DNA from: the human T2T-CHM13v2.0 reference genome, Homo sapiens
NCBI RefSeq assembly: GCF_009914755.1
Contig: NC_060931.1
Reading direction: 5' to 3' (one strand)
DNA: 64,000 bases
Position 1 is the stretch's first letter. Each line of letters begins with the position of its first letter. Made by a program: the position numbers and the translations under genes. The notes below the pieces were generated by a model. That model was given only the letters and a program-made list of their open reading frames with translations, was not told the origin of the DNA and searched no databases. Below are positions 12,901-26,157 of this stretch, piece by piece.

Positions 12901-15900
12901 TTCAGTGTTCACATCCATAAAATCCAATATTGAAAAGATGCCTTTTTACCTAATGATATCAAGAAGAATGGTAAAAATTATAAAATTTATTATAAAATTT
13001 CTATATAACAATCATTTACAACTATGTATGATATAGTATTTATCCTACATTTATAATATACTTGAGTTTTCCTGAAGATAAGTTATATTAATGCCAACAT
13101 TTCATGTAAGGTTTCAATATCAAGTAACACATTATAAAGAGGTTGATTCTGTGAAAAGGTAAGCTACTTAGCTCTTGCAGGGTCCACAGCTATAATTATT
13201 TTAAACGTAGGCTAGGTTCTTTAAACTTGATAAGTGTGTATATCTATTGTTTCCTCGGCTTAAATAAAATGACATTCAAGAGTAAAGGCAGAGATTTCTT
13301 TTTATTAGGACTATTTTATTTTAAGGGGACTAGAGCTCATATTAAGCAATACAACAAAATTGTATTTAAATTTTACTTTAAGATTCACAACGATTCTTTT
13401 AAAAGTTGCCATTCTTCTGCACACGTGTGACATGAGTTGTCATGGAACTTCAAATATTTAAAATTAAATAGGAAACTCTACTTTGAATTTTACCTAATAG
13501 ATAAATTTTCCTTGGTAACATATACTCATAATATATGAACTAAAGGGTGGATAATTAAATTAATGTTGTAATTTGTTTCTGAAAACTTTATTGGGTATAG
13601 AAATATTATTTCTGCTATATTTTGCCAAAAAGTAGCAGTTATGTCCTTCAGTTGGTTCTTCTGAAATAAAGAATTTTGAAAATGTATCCAAATATGCTAA
13701 ATACCCAATGGTAATTTATGTGATTTATGATGTACATTATTTTATAAAACTAAGGAACTGATTCTCCCCAGGAACTATGCATTATAAAGTTTATGGAACA
13801 ATTTTGCTATGGCTAATGCATGTTATTTAGTGATTCTGTATACTTTTACACATTTTTAAAATGTTATTATTTTTATATAACATTAATTGGTACATTCACA
13901 ATAAAAATTGTTACATTCATTTTACATGTACCAAAAGAAATGAATACTTAAAACCTTACTTCTAAACTGTAAAACAATCCAACGTACTTTGTTTTTCTAG
14001 TTTCTAGGTCTTCCTGCATTTAAATTTATTTCTTTCAGGAATTAGTGTTTTTCTTCCATTCAATTCCGGTATAGTATAATCAATGAAATTGTTCTCAACG
14101 CTAAATATAACTCTGCCTAAAGCAATAAGAGAGGAAACAAAATATATCAAAATTAGAACTATTTAACGGATGATCTTTAGAAAGCCAGCATGCAATATAG
14201 ATTATGACTAATAAAATTAAATCTAAAAGATTGAATTAAAAATTCAAAATATATGCATTCTTTCATAATATGTATTCACACTTAATAAAATTCTAATGAT
14301 CTCTTGTCTTTCTTTTTCTTTTTTTATTTTGTGAGGCGTCTTATGATTGGGAAGACATAGATTGCCTCTCAAATTTCAAACACTTCCATCTGGACTTCCT
14401 TTTGTTCACCTGTTTTAAATCCATAATTATTTGATAGTTAACTCATAATAATGCTAATAGACAATAATTAATTTCTACATTTTCATTTGCATTCACGTTG
14501 TATGTTATTTTTATTGATAAATGTAGGCCTTTTCAAAATTTTGTCATTGAAAATTATATCCTTTCCATAACAGGGAGAGGTACAGGCAAACTAATTCAAG
14601 AGAATTCTATAATGAAATGCTCTATATTATGTTATATTTTCTATAGCATCCAACTCATAACCATTACATTTCTATCCACAATTTAAGGGAACTACACCGT
14701 TTATTTCTCCCATGTCTTAAAAAGCAAGGCTATCCTTTTATATGAATTGAATTTAGAAAAGTTCACAAACCTCAGAGAAGAAAAATTGAATCGAAAATAC
14801 AGACAGGAATTATAAGTAAAACCTTAGTCTTCTGTTTTAAGTTTTCCAACTTGAAGAGTTCAACATAACCAATGTAACTTTGGCACTATGATAAGTTTTT
14901 CTTGTGTGTTTTTATTTTTCATACTTCATCAATTTGTAGCAAGTTTTATTCTTAAAGTGGCTTTTCCATTTTGAGCTCAGGTTTATGATTTGGATTACTA
15001 AAAACCTCTGTGTTTTAGCTGTTAGTATAGTTCTCCAAAATATTTAATTGCACACTCATATTTTATATGATTCAGACTCAACAAAGAAATACCAGCTGCC
15101 TTTTATGTCAACTTTTTTTTTTAGGAATAAAGGAAAAATGTTGTATATTTGTATACCAAACAAAATGAAAAGTTAAGGCCAAATACAAGATCTCTTATAA
15201 AAGCATATTTTTAAGAGTTTAACATTATAATAGTACTTTGATGGAGCACAGGTTTTTTTTTTTTTTGGAAGATTTTGAGAGTGATATGGAGTATTTCATA
15301 CAAGGCAATGGCTTTATGGAAATGGATCAAAACAAGGATGAAATGATTAAATGACAACTGTCTGCCCATGTCTTAATTAACATAAGAAACAAGAAAGGTA
15401 ACAGAAGGTCAGAATGGGCCAAAAAAAAAAAAAAAATCAGAAGAGTATTTAGCAGGTGAAAAGACAGAAAGTGAGACAAGCTTAAAGATATTAAAAATAA
15501 TTTTAAATTTGTTAATACATAAATTGTAAGCCACATATGATCATGGTAAAAAGATTCCAGGTTCATATCTCGGTTTAATTGGAATTTTAAAAATAAGTAA
15601 TCAGAAAGGTTCATATTTAACTGCACGGCATATATACTGTTGATAGAAGTAATAATGAAATATTACTATTCTGAGAAACAGTTTCAAATAATTAATGTGA
15701 AATGTGGATATAGATGTGATCAATGCTTAGACATGTGTAGGCTATTGAATATCTGAAGTTCTGAATAATCACTACCTTTTCGTCTTACAAATTTGTTACC
15801 TGAAACTCATTGTAAGCAAAAGGTTTTTCTAAATTTCATCTATTTTTAGAGGATGATTTCTGCTAAGTTGGGGTCATAGTATATGGGAAGGGAATAAGCT

Positions 15901-17789
15901 GGTTTTCAACAGCTGTTAGTGTCTGAGGAAAAAAAAGAAGTCCTGGGCCAACTGCACTGTAAAGCACTTCAAAGCACAAGTAAGGAAATTCTGTACCAAA
16001 CACCAACCAGAACCCAGGAGGAATACCAGCTCTGAGCTCTAAGGCCCAAGACAAGGCAATTTCTCATACCACCAGCTAACAGTTGTTTTCATCCACAAAA
16101 GGGCCTGTGATCAAAACAAAGCTGTCTCTATATTATATAAGATTGTATAAATACTAGATGCAACCTCTTCAACCCTTATAGTGACTAGAAAAGATTCTTT
16201 TTTCCCCACCGGACACGCATTTTGCATGACCTTTGTCCTATAAGCTCAAAGTTGCGGGACTCTACGTTGGTCCAATTCCACTTCTAACAATTCATTCTTG
16301 AGGGTATAAAAAAACTAATGGGTAGAAAAAGAGCACAGTGACTGAAAAGGTCAAAATAATCTTGTAATACTTCATGATAAAATAGAATCAAACTGACAAC
16401 TGATGTTGAAAATGGACTTTATGAGTAAAAGAAAACTGACAGGTTTTTCCTCTAATTTAGGACATCTGTAGTAATCTGAAGCAGCATTTCTGCAAATAAC
16501 TTATTAAAGATGATTAAGTGTGCTGGTTAAAGTGATGGTAATGTTTCTCTGAAGATATACTCAAGGTCAAATTAAATAGACTTGACCCATAATCAAATAT
16601 AATAATACCTCTATTTATTGCAAACAATTTTAAGAACATTCCTTTGCTATAGTAACTATAGAGCAATAAAAATAGCACATTTATGACCTTCCATGTTAAT
16701 TACTTTATTCATCATAATTATCATCTGTGGGCCAGTAGTACCTGTCAATAGCTTATGAAATGTTTGAATTTCTACACATTTTGTTCTTGGTTACCTCTGA
16801 TATCCTACCTCTTACAGTTAATGATGCGATTTGATCAAAGTTGAAAGCTGAGTCATTTTGGGTTTTAAGATCTGATCATACCTTCATCAGATAGACTCCA
16901 CCAGGCAAAGGTCTCAGGCCCAGGTAGCACCACTTGGAATCCTTCCAGAACCAAAGACAAGCACATAAGTTTTAAAACTGCAAAAATGTTCACTGTTGCA
17001 CATGTGGTGATAAAGCCTATTTTTAGAGAAGTGTGTATTTTTAGAGAAGAAAGATATAAAGAATCACATAGAAGCTTGTAAATATTATGCACTGTAAATC
17101 TAAGGTTATTGAATTAGCTATTTCTCTTTCTGTAGCAGTATTAAAGGCTTGCTAATCTATGTCTAGTTCTGTTATGTGAACAATATTTTTCTTAAGAAGC
17201 AATTGTTAGATCACTGTAATCTGGCATTTGTGTCAAATATAGCAATGGCTAGAACCAAAAAAAGTGGGTTATTTTCCTTGTACTGTACTAGCAATTCCAG
17301 TGATCAAACACTGCTAAATCTCAATTTTCAGTGAGCAAGTCCCATGTCAGTCTCTCTCTAAACAGCCTTATTGACAAGTCAGTTGCTTAAGTCAGAATTA
17401 GGAACCCACAATTGCCAAGCCCCTCCTTCCTTCTCCTTTTCCCCCATGCAATCAATCATCAAGTGAAGTATTCCCAATTATACTTATTTAATGTTCATTA
17501 ACTCCATAATCCTCTCCACCACCAGTCAGTACCTTATTTGGGGGCCTCACTCATCTTGTTTAAATTATAGAGGGGTCCCATGATCCTGTAGTTCCCTAGA
17601 GCATTCCTCCATCTTCAGAGCCAGGGTGGAGAATTGATTTGGATCTTAGCTCTGTCAGTTTCTAATTCTGTGGATATATTCATTTGTTAACTCAAGAGAA
17701 TATTACAATAAACAATTTCGACAATGCTGTGAACATACTTACCATGATGACTGGCATAAGCTCCACAAATGTTTAACAAATTTAAGTTA

Positions 17790-18076
17790 CATCTAGACCT
17801 CACTGTGGAATGCAGATTCGTGTGGTTGTTGAGCACTTGAAATGTGGCTTTTCCAAATTGAGATTCATTTTAAGATTAAAATGTATACCAGATCTCAAAG
17901 ACTTCTTGTGAAATTAATGAAGGTTTTCATTGACTACATGTTAAAATAACCGTAGTTGTATACATTGGGCTAAATAAAATATACTATTAAAATTAACTTT
18001 CTTTCTTTTTTACTTTTTTAATGCAGATGCTAGAAAACTTAAAATGACCTATGTGGTTTACATTGGACAGTGCTAA
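17790..18076. mobile_element. hAT-Charlie DNA transposon fossil (MER33/MER3-like)
   Basis: gagcacttgaaatgtggct...ttgggctaaataaaatatactattaaaatt...cattggacagtgct. Confidence 0.7.
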
Positions 18077-18414
18077 GCTAGAGGGTGTCATTTAACTTTT
18101 TCTTTCTTTTATTCCCTCCCCTTGCAAATAGGTACCAAATTACATATATATCTGTCAAAATGATGTAGGACCTAAAGTCTCTCTGTAAGTTGATCCTTTT
18201 GACCCCATGATTAGGAGCTTCACAATGTGGTACCACACCTGGAAACCTCCAGAACAAGATCTCAAGGAAACACAGGAAATTCCTGAAACAGCAAAACCCC
18301 CTATGTGAAGACGTCTGTTATTCCTTTGTGTATCAGGAGCATCACTGTTAATTAACTGTTGATACACTTAAAACAGCTTGGTTGGCAATGTCCTTTTTGA
18401 ATAAAGAAGAGCCA

Positions 18415-18760
18415 GGTGTGTTTTTCAGGATGAACTAGACAATGCTGTCACAAGTTTACCTCTACATCTTATTGCCTTGGAAAAATTTCCTGCATATCGT
18501 GGCACAAGATGGTTGGCTCTCCAGGCAGCAGTTGGCGTTGTGAATCAGTCATCTCAGCATGTGTCTCCAAGATCCCACAGCAGGGGGAAAAAGAGGTGGA
18601 GGGTCACATGCCTGGTGTTACATACTTTGAGGCAGAGGTGGTAGGTGCCATTTCTGCTCACAGCTCATGGACCAGAACAAAGCCATGCATACCTGAGAGA
18701 GGACCAGAAAATATTCTGAAGCAGATGGCTATTTGGTGAGCAGTAAATGTTTCTGTTACA
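18415..18760 (-). mobile_element. MaLR LTR (MLT1K/L-like)
   Basis: caggatgaactagacaatgctg...atttctgctcacagctcatggaccagaac...ggtgagcagtaaatgtttctgttaca. Confidence 0.6.
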
Positions 18761-19761
18761 ACAGGTCTTGACAAACTTCAAATGTACTCCTACTAGGCCT
18801 ACTTCACACCACTAAACTCTGTACTTCCTGTTGCTTGATGGCATCTTATGCTGATGTTTTCTATCATAGTGTCCGGCACAAAACAAGAGCTCAATACATA
18901 TACTTAATAGCGCATTTAGATCTAAGAGTTTCACTTTATCAAAAGATTTTAGTACCTACGTAGCTATTGGGCCACATCAGGAAAATGTAACTGCTTCTAC
19001 AACTGCAAAGAAAATTTAACTAATTGTATGCTCATCCCAGCTTCAGGTTTTTGTTTTGTTTTGTTTGCTAGCTTCTTTTTATTTCATAATTTTTGCTTTG
19101 TTTTCTGCCCTTGAGCAGAGGTTCATTTCTAGTTTTCACTGGAATTAGAACAACAGTTGTGTCCATATGCAATAACAGTGTTTCAAATTCTTTGGGGATT
19201 TGCCCACAGTGTCTGCAGTCATATTGTGACACCAGTTGTGATGCCAGTCTCTGTAAATCAGACTTATTCCCAGTGAGACATTATATATTTTTGCAGCCAA
19301 TACGATCTATTTTATAGCGATTTATAGCATTGTCTCTGAAAAGGATACTTTGATTTGTGTCTTGTTTTTGTCAGTTTTCAACACTTTGATTGTGGCCCAG
19401 GTTAATTAATATTTTGTGTCTAGGTTTCCTCATCTCTAAAATAAAGATGTTTATTTCTATAGCTTCATGTTGACAATTAAATTATATAATTTATGTTACT
19501 CAACTAGCAAGTAAATTGATGTACAGTGTATTTATAAATGATAGATACTATCTTTATGTTAATTTTTATTATTGTCATCATTATCATCAATTTTCAGGTC
19601 CGTGTTCTGACTAAAAGGAAGCCACACTCTGTCGAAAACAAGCTTTGTAAGAAAATTTTGAAGTATTTACTTATATCTAACCATTCATTCCACCTTTTCT
19701 CCCAAATAACACTCTAATATCTTGAGACATCTTGTCTAGGGCCAGATTTCATAAATGCTTG

Positions 19762-20228
19762 TGAGGCAGGAGAATAAGTTCCAGAGGCAGTTCACACTGC
19801 CTAAAGCCAATTCACACTGACTTCCTATAACTAAATCTAAAGGAAAATCTCAACTTTCCTCGCCCAAGTAACAAAAGAATCAGAGGTTATACTCCCTTTG
19901 CAACCTGCCCCTTTTCTGCCTGGCAGATGAAAAATGAAAAGTACCTATGACTGGTCCCCTCCCACGACCAGCCAGACTGGTCACGGATCACTACTTCATT
20001 TACATAGGGCGTAAACCGAGTAACCAATGGGAAACCTCTAGAGGGTATTTAAACCCCAGAAAATTCTGTAACCGGTGGTCTCCAGCAGGTTGCTCAATCT
20101 TGCTGCCACTCTGTGGGATGTACTTTTGTTTCAATAAATCTGTGCTCTTCCTTCGTGGTTTTGTTTGTGCTTTTTGTCCAACTCTTTGTTCAAAATGCCA
20201 GGAACATGGACACCCTCCACAGGTAACA
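19762..20228 (+). mobile_element. Solo ERV1 LTR (MER51-like) with 4-bp TSD CTTG
   Basis: TG...CA termini (TGAGGCAGGAGAATA...CAGGTAACA). CTTG at 19758-19761 and 20229-20232. CCAAT at 20024, TATTTAAA at 20046, AATAAA at 20133. Confidence 0.88.
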
Positions 20229-21355
20229 CTTGTTGATCAAATAAATAATATGCTAATGATAAATGTAACTTTAGTTATCAACATTTTTAATTAAATGATT
20301 ATACATTTAGGTTGTACATATTTCACTTGGCTTTTCCACTTCCTTCAAAGTAATAGTAAAACAAAGACTCTTGGCATATAAAACCCGGAATTTGAGATGC
20401 CTGACAAAAATGCTTCATATGGCCAAAAGAACTATTAAATTCTAAAGAAAAAGCCATATGTCATTTCTTACCTAAAGCACTTTGGATAAATTTACAGTGG
20501 AATTTGATTTTAGGTTGTACAGGATCTAGCCATTAGTTCAAAAGTAATGAACTGTCCTGTAACAACAGAGGTTTAGTGAGATTATAACTACGGGACTAAC
20601 CCTAACCTCAATTATAGTGTAATATGCAACTCACTTAACTCCAAATAAATAAGCATACTAACAATGAAATAAAATACTCATAAAATGAATAACATAGAAC
20701 TTAAGATTTTACATCTATTTACATCATTTATGCTTGACTCATATAGTGAGTATATATAAGCTATGCCGAAAATAAGCTCAATGTACTGCTTAGTGCCAAC
20801 TAAAATGTACATTCTTTTATAATTGAATTCCTATTTCCAGAAATGTTTTGTGGTGATTTACAGTACAATTTGGTAAAACAAAATGTAAATGTAGAATAAA
20901 GACTATAGATTAAATAAACACTAAAAGTCAATACATTATAGACTAAAGTGTAATATAAAATAAAGACATGAGAACCTTCTGAAGGAGAAGTTTCCAAACC
21001 TTAAATATCAGAAGAAACCTCTGGCTTTTGTTTGTTTGTTTGTTTTTAGGAAACACATTGTAGCACACAGCTACGTAAGGACAGTGAGAACCAGAGCTAT
21101 CAGGATGGACACAGGTCAGGGGCACCAAGCACCACTTGCTCAGTGTATTTTCCCCTCCCCTTACAGCCCACGGGCTCATGAGTGGCACCTACAAAGAAAC
21201 AAATGGATCTTGAGACACAACCTAAAAACCAAGCACTAATTTCTCCAATATATGTAATACAGCCGGTGAAATGGCCCCTCAAATGCCATACCTGTGTTTT
21301 CTTGGTCTATTAATTCATTTGATAGGTACATTCTTGGGGTAAATATTTGAGCAAC

Positions 21356-21645
21356 TTTTTTTTCTTTTTTTTCGGAGACAAGATCTTCCTCTGTCAGGGG
21401 TGAAGTGGTGCAATCATAGCTCACTGCAGCGTCAAACTCCTGAGCTCAAGTGATCCTCCTGCCTCAGCCTCCCTGGTAGCTGGGCCTACAGGTGTGTATC
21501 ACCACATTCAGCTAATTTTTTAAAATGTTTTATAGAGATGGGTCTTACCATGTTGCTCAGGTTGGTCTCAAACTCCTGGCCTCAAGCCATCCTCTCACCT
21601 TGGCCTCCCAAAGTGCTGGGATTACAGGTGTAGGCCACCACACCT
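21356..21645 (-). mobile_element. Alu (AluJ-like)
   Basis: T-tail followed by a diverged antisense Alu dimer. Confidence 0.92.
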
Positions 21646-21989
21646 TATTTTCCTTAATTTTTGTCTTCAGCTATTTAGTTATTAATTCCTTCCAGTTTTC
21701 TAAGTTTTGTTTAATATATAAATATAGATTTCCTACAACTATAAATGTAGAAATACTTCTAATGCAGAAAATTTAATCTAATACCCTTGTATTTATCAAG
21801 AGTCAATTTTCTTTTAAAAAAAGGGACATCTCTGTAAGGCCTGAACAGCAAAATGTTACTTAGTGGAATCTAGAAAAATCAAATCCCCATAGAATTCAGT
21901 GCTAGAAAAACAGAGCCTAACAAAAAGGGAACAAAGGACATGAATTACTGCATTATCAAAGTAGAACTATTTATGATCAAGAAATATTA

Positions 21990-22680
21990 AACTACTGGAA
22001 ACTTACTTGTAATAAAAATGAAAGTTAAAAAAGATAGCATTTTCCACCTATCAAACTGATAACCATTAAAAAACAAATAGGTTATGATGACAAGGATTTT
22101 GGAAAATAATAAATGTTTTACACTTCTGGGAAGAGTGTAATTAGGACAGATTATCTAGTGGAAATTTTAGCAGTAAGTAAAATGCTAACTTTAATCCAAT
22201 AATTGCAGATGAATTAATATAGTGAAAGGAAATAATTAGATATATCAAATGACGTACATACAATTGTATCTCTGAAGTGATACTTATTATATTGAAATAT
22301 GTCAAACAATAAAAATGGATTAAATAAATTATGGTAAATCATGATAAGTACAGCCTATTAAAAATCATTTTCTAAAATAATAGAGAATATGAAAAATCAA
22401 TCATGATATAATGCTGAGAAAGAAAGCAGGTTACAACCATCTGATTCAAACACACTCACACCATACATGTTTTGTTGTATTTATTATATATATATTTGAT
22501 TTCAAAGACACACTCAAAATGACAACAATTTGAGCTTATTAATACTATCTCTAGTTGGTGAGATTAGTGGATATTTGTATTGTTTCTAACAGTTTCAAAA
22601 TAGTTTTATAATTGTTTATAGTGAATGTGTACACTTTATTATCAGGAAAATGACTTTGTTATTTCTAAATATTTAAAAGA
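21990..22680 (+). mobile_element. Old L1 (L1ME-like) 3' fragment
   Basis: cattttccacctatcaaactg...acacttctgggaagagtgtaatta...atggattaaataaattatggta. Confidence 0.55.
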
Positions 22681-24075
22681 CGTCCTATATATTAGAAAAA
22701 AATCTGTAGTGGCTGAAGTCAACTTTTCACATGTTAAATAAGTCCATTACGTATAGACACCATCATCACGTAATTATTCATTGGCCAGCAGCTGTGTTAA
22801 AGGCATTGATTCTCTTTAATGAATCTTTGCCTTTGAAACTATTGTTTCTCTTTCTAAATAACATCCATTACTCTAAAATTGTATTGTTGTGCTACCTCCA
22901 GTTTGGCACTAATCTGAACCAACTCAAATGTGAAGGATTCAATGGTCTGCCTCTGCAGTAAGGTGAAGCATATGGCGTGCATTACACTTAAGGTCAAGAG
23001 TTTATACTGGCTGGTTGGTAGTATCTGGGGGTATAAACCAGGGTGTTATCTTGGACAAATATAGTTATTTAATAGTTTGAATTATGGTAAATTGAAACCA
23101 ATTCTTCTCCCATGTGTAAAAGTTGAGACTGGGGCAGGGACATTTTTGGGTTTTTTGCTATGATAGGGTCTAATCTTTAGTGGGAGTCAGAATGGCAGCA
23201 AGTGTTCTCAAATGAAGGGATGACAAGGAAAAGTTCAGAGTATCACATGACACCTTCTATTACCTATGAGGCACGGGCTGCTGCAGTGCTAAAGCACAAG
23301 TTTACAGAGTTTCAGGGTCTTGAGATTTTTACACCAAATTTCAAACAAGACTCATAGTGTTACTTTTGCTCCTGAGTTGATACCATTTTGCAAAATACAA
23401 ATATTTAACTAACAATCCAAAAATAAGCACATTCAAATTTCTAATACATAACCAAAGAAATAGTTTTTCATTAATACTAAAAATATTGCATGAAAAAAAC
23501 ACAGTTTAACATCCGTTTGTAGTAAATATCCTCTTCCTCTCCCTATCCCTATCCTTATCTTCCACCCTCTTATTCACTTACCTCTTCTCTCTCTCTCTTT
23601 CTCTGGCAAATGACTTAGATACTGTTATTGATGTCTCTAATATGAAAATACTCTTGGCATAATGAGAGCTTAAACTGTACTTAAAGTCCACTGAAATGTA
23701 AAGTTAAAAACAAATCTTAGACTCAGATGGAAGCGACTTTAGAGATCAACTGATTCAATCCTCTTTATTTAAAAAGAAGAATTCAGGGGCTATTTGTAGC
23801 ATATGAATGATCTATAAAGTCACAAGTTAAATTAGAAATTAGTAGTAATTTGTTAAGAGGCTGTGACAAAATTTAAATTTCACATAGTCAACAAAACTGA
23901 TATAATTACAAAGTTAATTTAGCTGTTAATATTTTGACCCAAAATTTCTAAGTGACCTCAGTTAATACATATTTATATCTAGGAAGAACTAATTTGAAGA
24001 TTGAGAAAAATGGAGTACCCTAATTCATATCAAAATATTTATATCAATATTAATATTTTATTGTTCCATTAACTG

Positions 24076-24387
24076 TTTTTCTTTTTTTCTTTTTCTTTCT
24101 TTTTTTTTTTTTTTGAGTCATGGTCTTGCTCCATCACCCAGGCTGAAGTGGTGCAGTCTCAGCTCACTGCAGCCTCAAACTCCTGGGCTAAAGCAATTCT
24201 CCCACCTCAGCCTCCAGAGTAGCTGGGACTACGGCCACATGCCATCACACCTGGCTAATTTTTCAAATGTTTTGTAGAGAGCAGGTCTCATTATGTTGCC
24301 CAGGCTGGTCTCGAACTCTTGGGCTCAACTAATCACCTCAGCTTCCCAAAGTGCTGGGATTATAGGTGTGAGCCGCCATGCCTGGCC
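24076..24387 (-). mobile_element. Alu (AluJ-like)
   Basis: T-tail, antisense Alu ending CCTGGCC. Confidence 0.92.
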
Positions 24388-24615
24388 AATAATTTTCATT
24401 TAAGGAAAGTAAACAGCAAATATTTTAAATTGGCTATAAATTATTATATTATCTCAAAGTCCCATAATTCACTAAGGCATCAGTCATTCTTATACTTTAG
24501 AATAACTTTTTAGTTCATGCCATGAGAAACCAAATATAAAAAACATTTTCTCATAAAATAATTAGCCTATACACTAGGAAGAATTTGATCAATGATGTTC
24601 ATTGAATATATATAG

Positions 24616-25044
24616 TTTTTTCTTTTTTCTTTTCTTTTCTTTTTTTTGAACATAAACTCAAGATTTTATTGTCTTCATAATAAAAGATGACGCTTAGAAC
24701 TGGATCACTTGGCCCTTTCTCTTATTATCTCCTCCCAGTTCAAAATGCTTGCATCTTTTAATAGGCAGCATTCTCTTAGATCTGCAGTTGGGCTCAAGGC
24801 ACTCAAGCCTTAGGACAATCTTCTTTGTAGCTTTAGCCTTTTTCTGGAAAATCAGCTTGGTTTGCCCACCATAGCCACTCTGCTTCCTGTCATAACGCCG
24901 CTTTCCATGGGCATACAGATAATCCTTGCCCTTCTTGTACTGTGTCACTTTATGGGGTTGGTGCTTGCCACACTTCTTACAGAAAGTCCGGCGGGTTTTA
25001 GGAACGTTAACCAGGCTTCCGTGAGTGCTATCGGCACGGAAAGC
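24616..25044 (-). pseudogene. RPL36AP26: Full-length processed pseudogene of RPL36A (eL42); ORF 25014-24694 intact but ATG changed to CTG (probably RPL36AP26)
   Basis: Intronless. 5'TOP-like start CTTTCC, frame (L)[30 protein letters not shown]...GGQTK...GQVIQF*, AATAAA at 24670-24665 and poly(A) tail (T-run 24616-24647). K38 points to RPL36A rather than RPL36AL as parent. The pseudogene number is from memory. Confidence 0.95.
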
Positions 25045-25365
<321 letters not shown>

Positions 25366-25479
25366 GGATATATATTTTTCGTTGCAAAATGATAATGGAA
25401 CTGAAAGTTTTGTGGCAAAAATTGCAGTTATAAGGAAAAGAGGTTAATGTTTCCACAGGTAGAAAAATGGGCTACCAAG

Positions 25480-25813
25480 TAACTATGTGACCTTAGCTAC
25501 CCGTCATGAACTGGGTGTTATCTGACCCATCAACCCATCAAGTTGGTGTGCGAAATAACACTCCATCATCAAATGGAAGTGGCATATTTGTGATCTGGCC
25601 CTAGCAGGCTGTGAAGGCACAAGTCAGTTACATGAAGAAGTGGCCCAAATGACTCTGGTCTCCACTTCTACTACCCTAGCTTCTCTCTTGCAGCCTGCAC
25701 CTGTGGTCTCACGGAGTTCCCTATGATCACTTGACAGAAGAAGAGAAGACTAGGGCCTGGTTAACAGATGTTCTGCATAATACTCAGGCATCACCCTAAA
25801 GGGGACAGCTGCA
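25480..25813 (+). mobile_element. ERVL internal (pol) fragment
   Basis: atcaaatggaagtggcatatttgtgatctggcc...gaaggcacaag...ttacatgaagaagtggcccaaatg...gacagctgcag matches ERVL-int. Confidence 0.75.
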
Positions 25814-25816
25814 GGA

Positions 25817-26157
25817 AAAATAGAACAAAAAGGCTTAGAAAGGGCACATTTGCTCACTGAGCTGGGATATGTATTGTCTCCTGCGCTTGGACATCAGCAC
25901 TCCTGGTTCGCAGGCCTTTGGACTTTGACGAGGATTTCCATCATGACTTCTCCTGGTTCTCAGGCCTTTTGACTCAGACGTCTTATGCCATTGGCTTTCC
26001 TGCTTCTCCAGCTGGCAGATCCTGGGACTTCTTGGCCTCCATAATCACGTGAGCAAATTTCCATAATAAACTTCCCTGTATTTGTTTACGTGTGCGTTTG
26101 TGTTTGTGTGTGTGTATTCTGTTGGCTCTGTTTCTCTAGATAATCCTGACTAATTCA
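25817..26157 (+). mobile_element. MLT2 (ERVL) LTR, 3' half
   Basis: aatagaacaaaaagg...gagctggga...ttggacatcagcactcctggttc...aataaa...tctgtttctctagataatcctgactaattca. Confidence 0.85.

Larger units (their letters stand above)
11640..18760 (+). ncRNA. Candidate divergent spliced lncRNA upstream of MEOX2 (MEOX2-AS1/LINC02587-type; name and exon structure uncertain)
   Basis: Strong donor ACG|GTAAGA (GT 11715-11716) just beyond the CpG island, acceptor TTTTTCAG| at 18428 and an AGTAAA near 18742 inside an MLT1 LTR. I also recall an annotated divergent lncRNA at this locus. Not provable from sequence. Confidence 0.35.
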
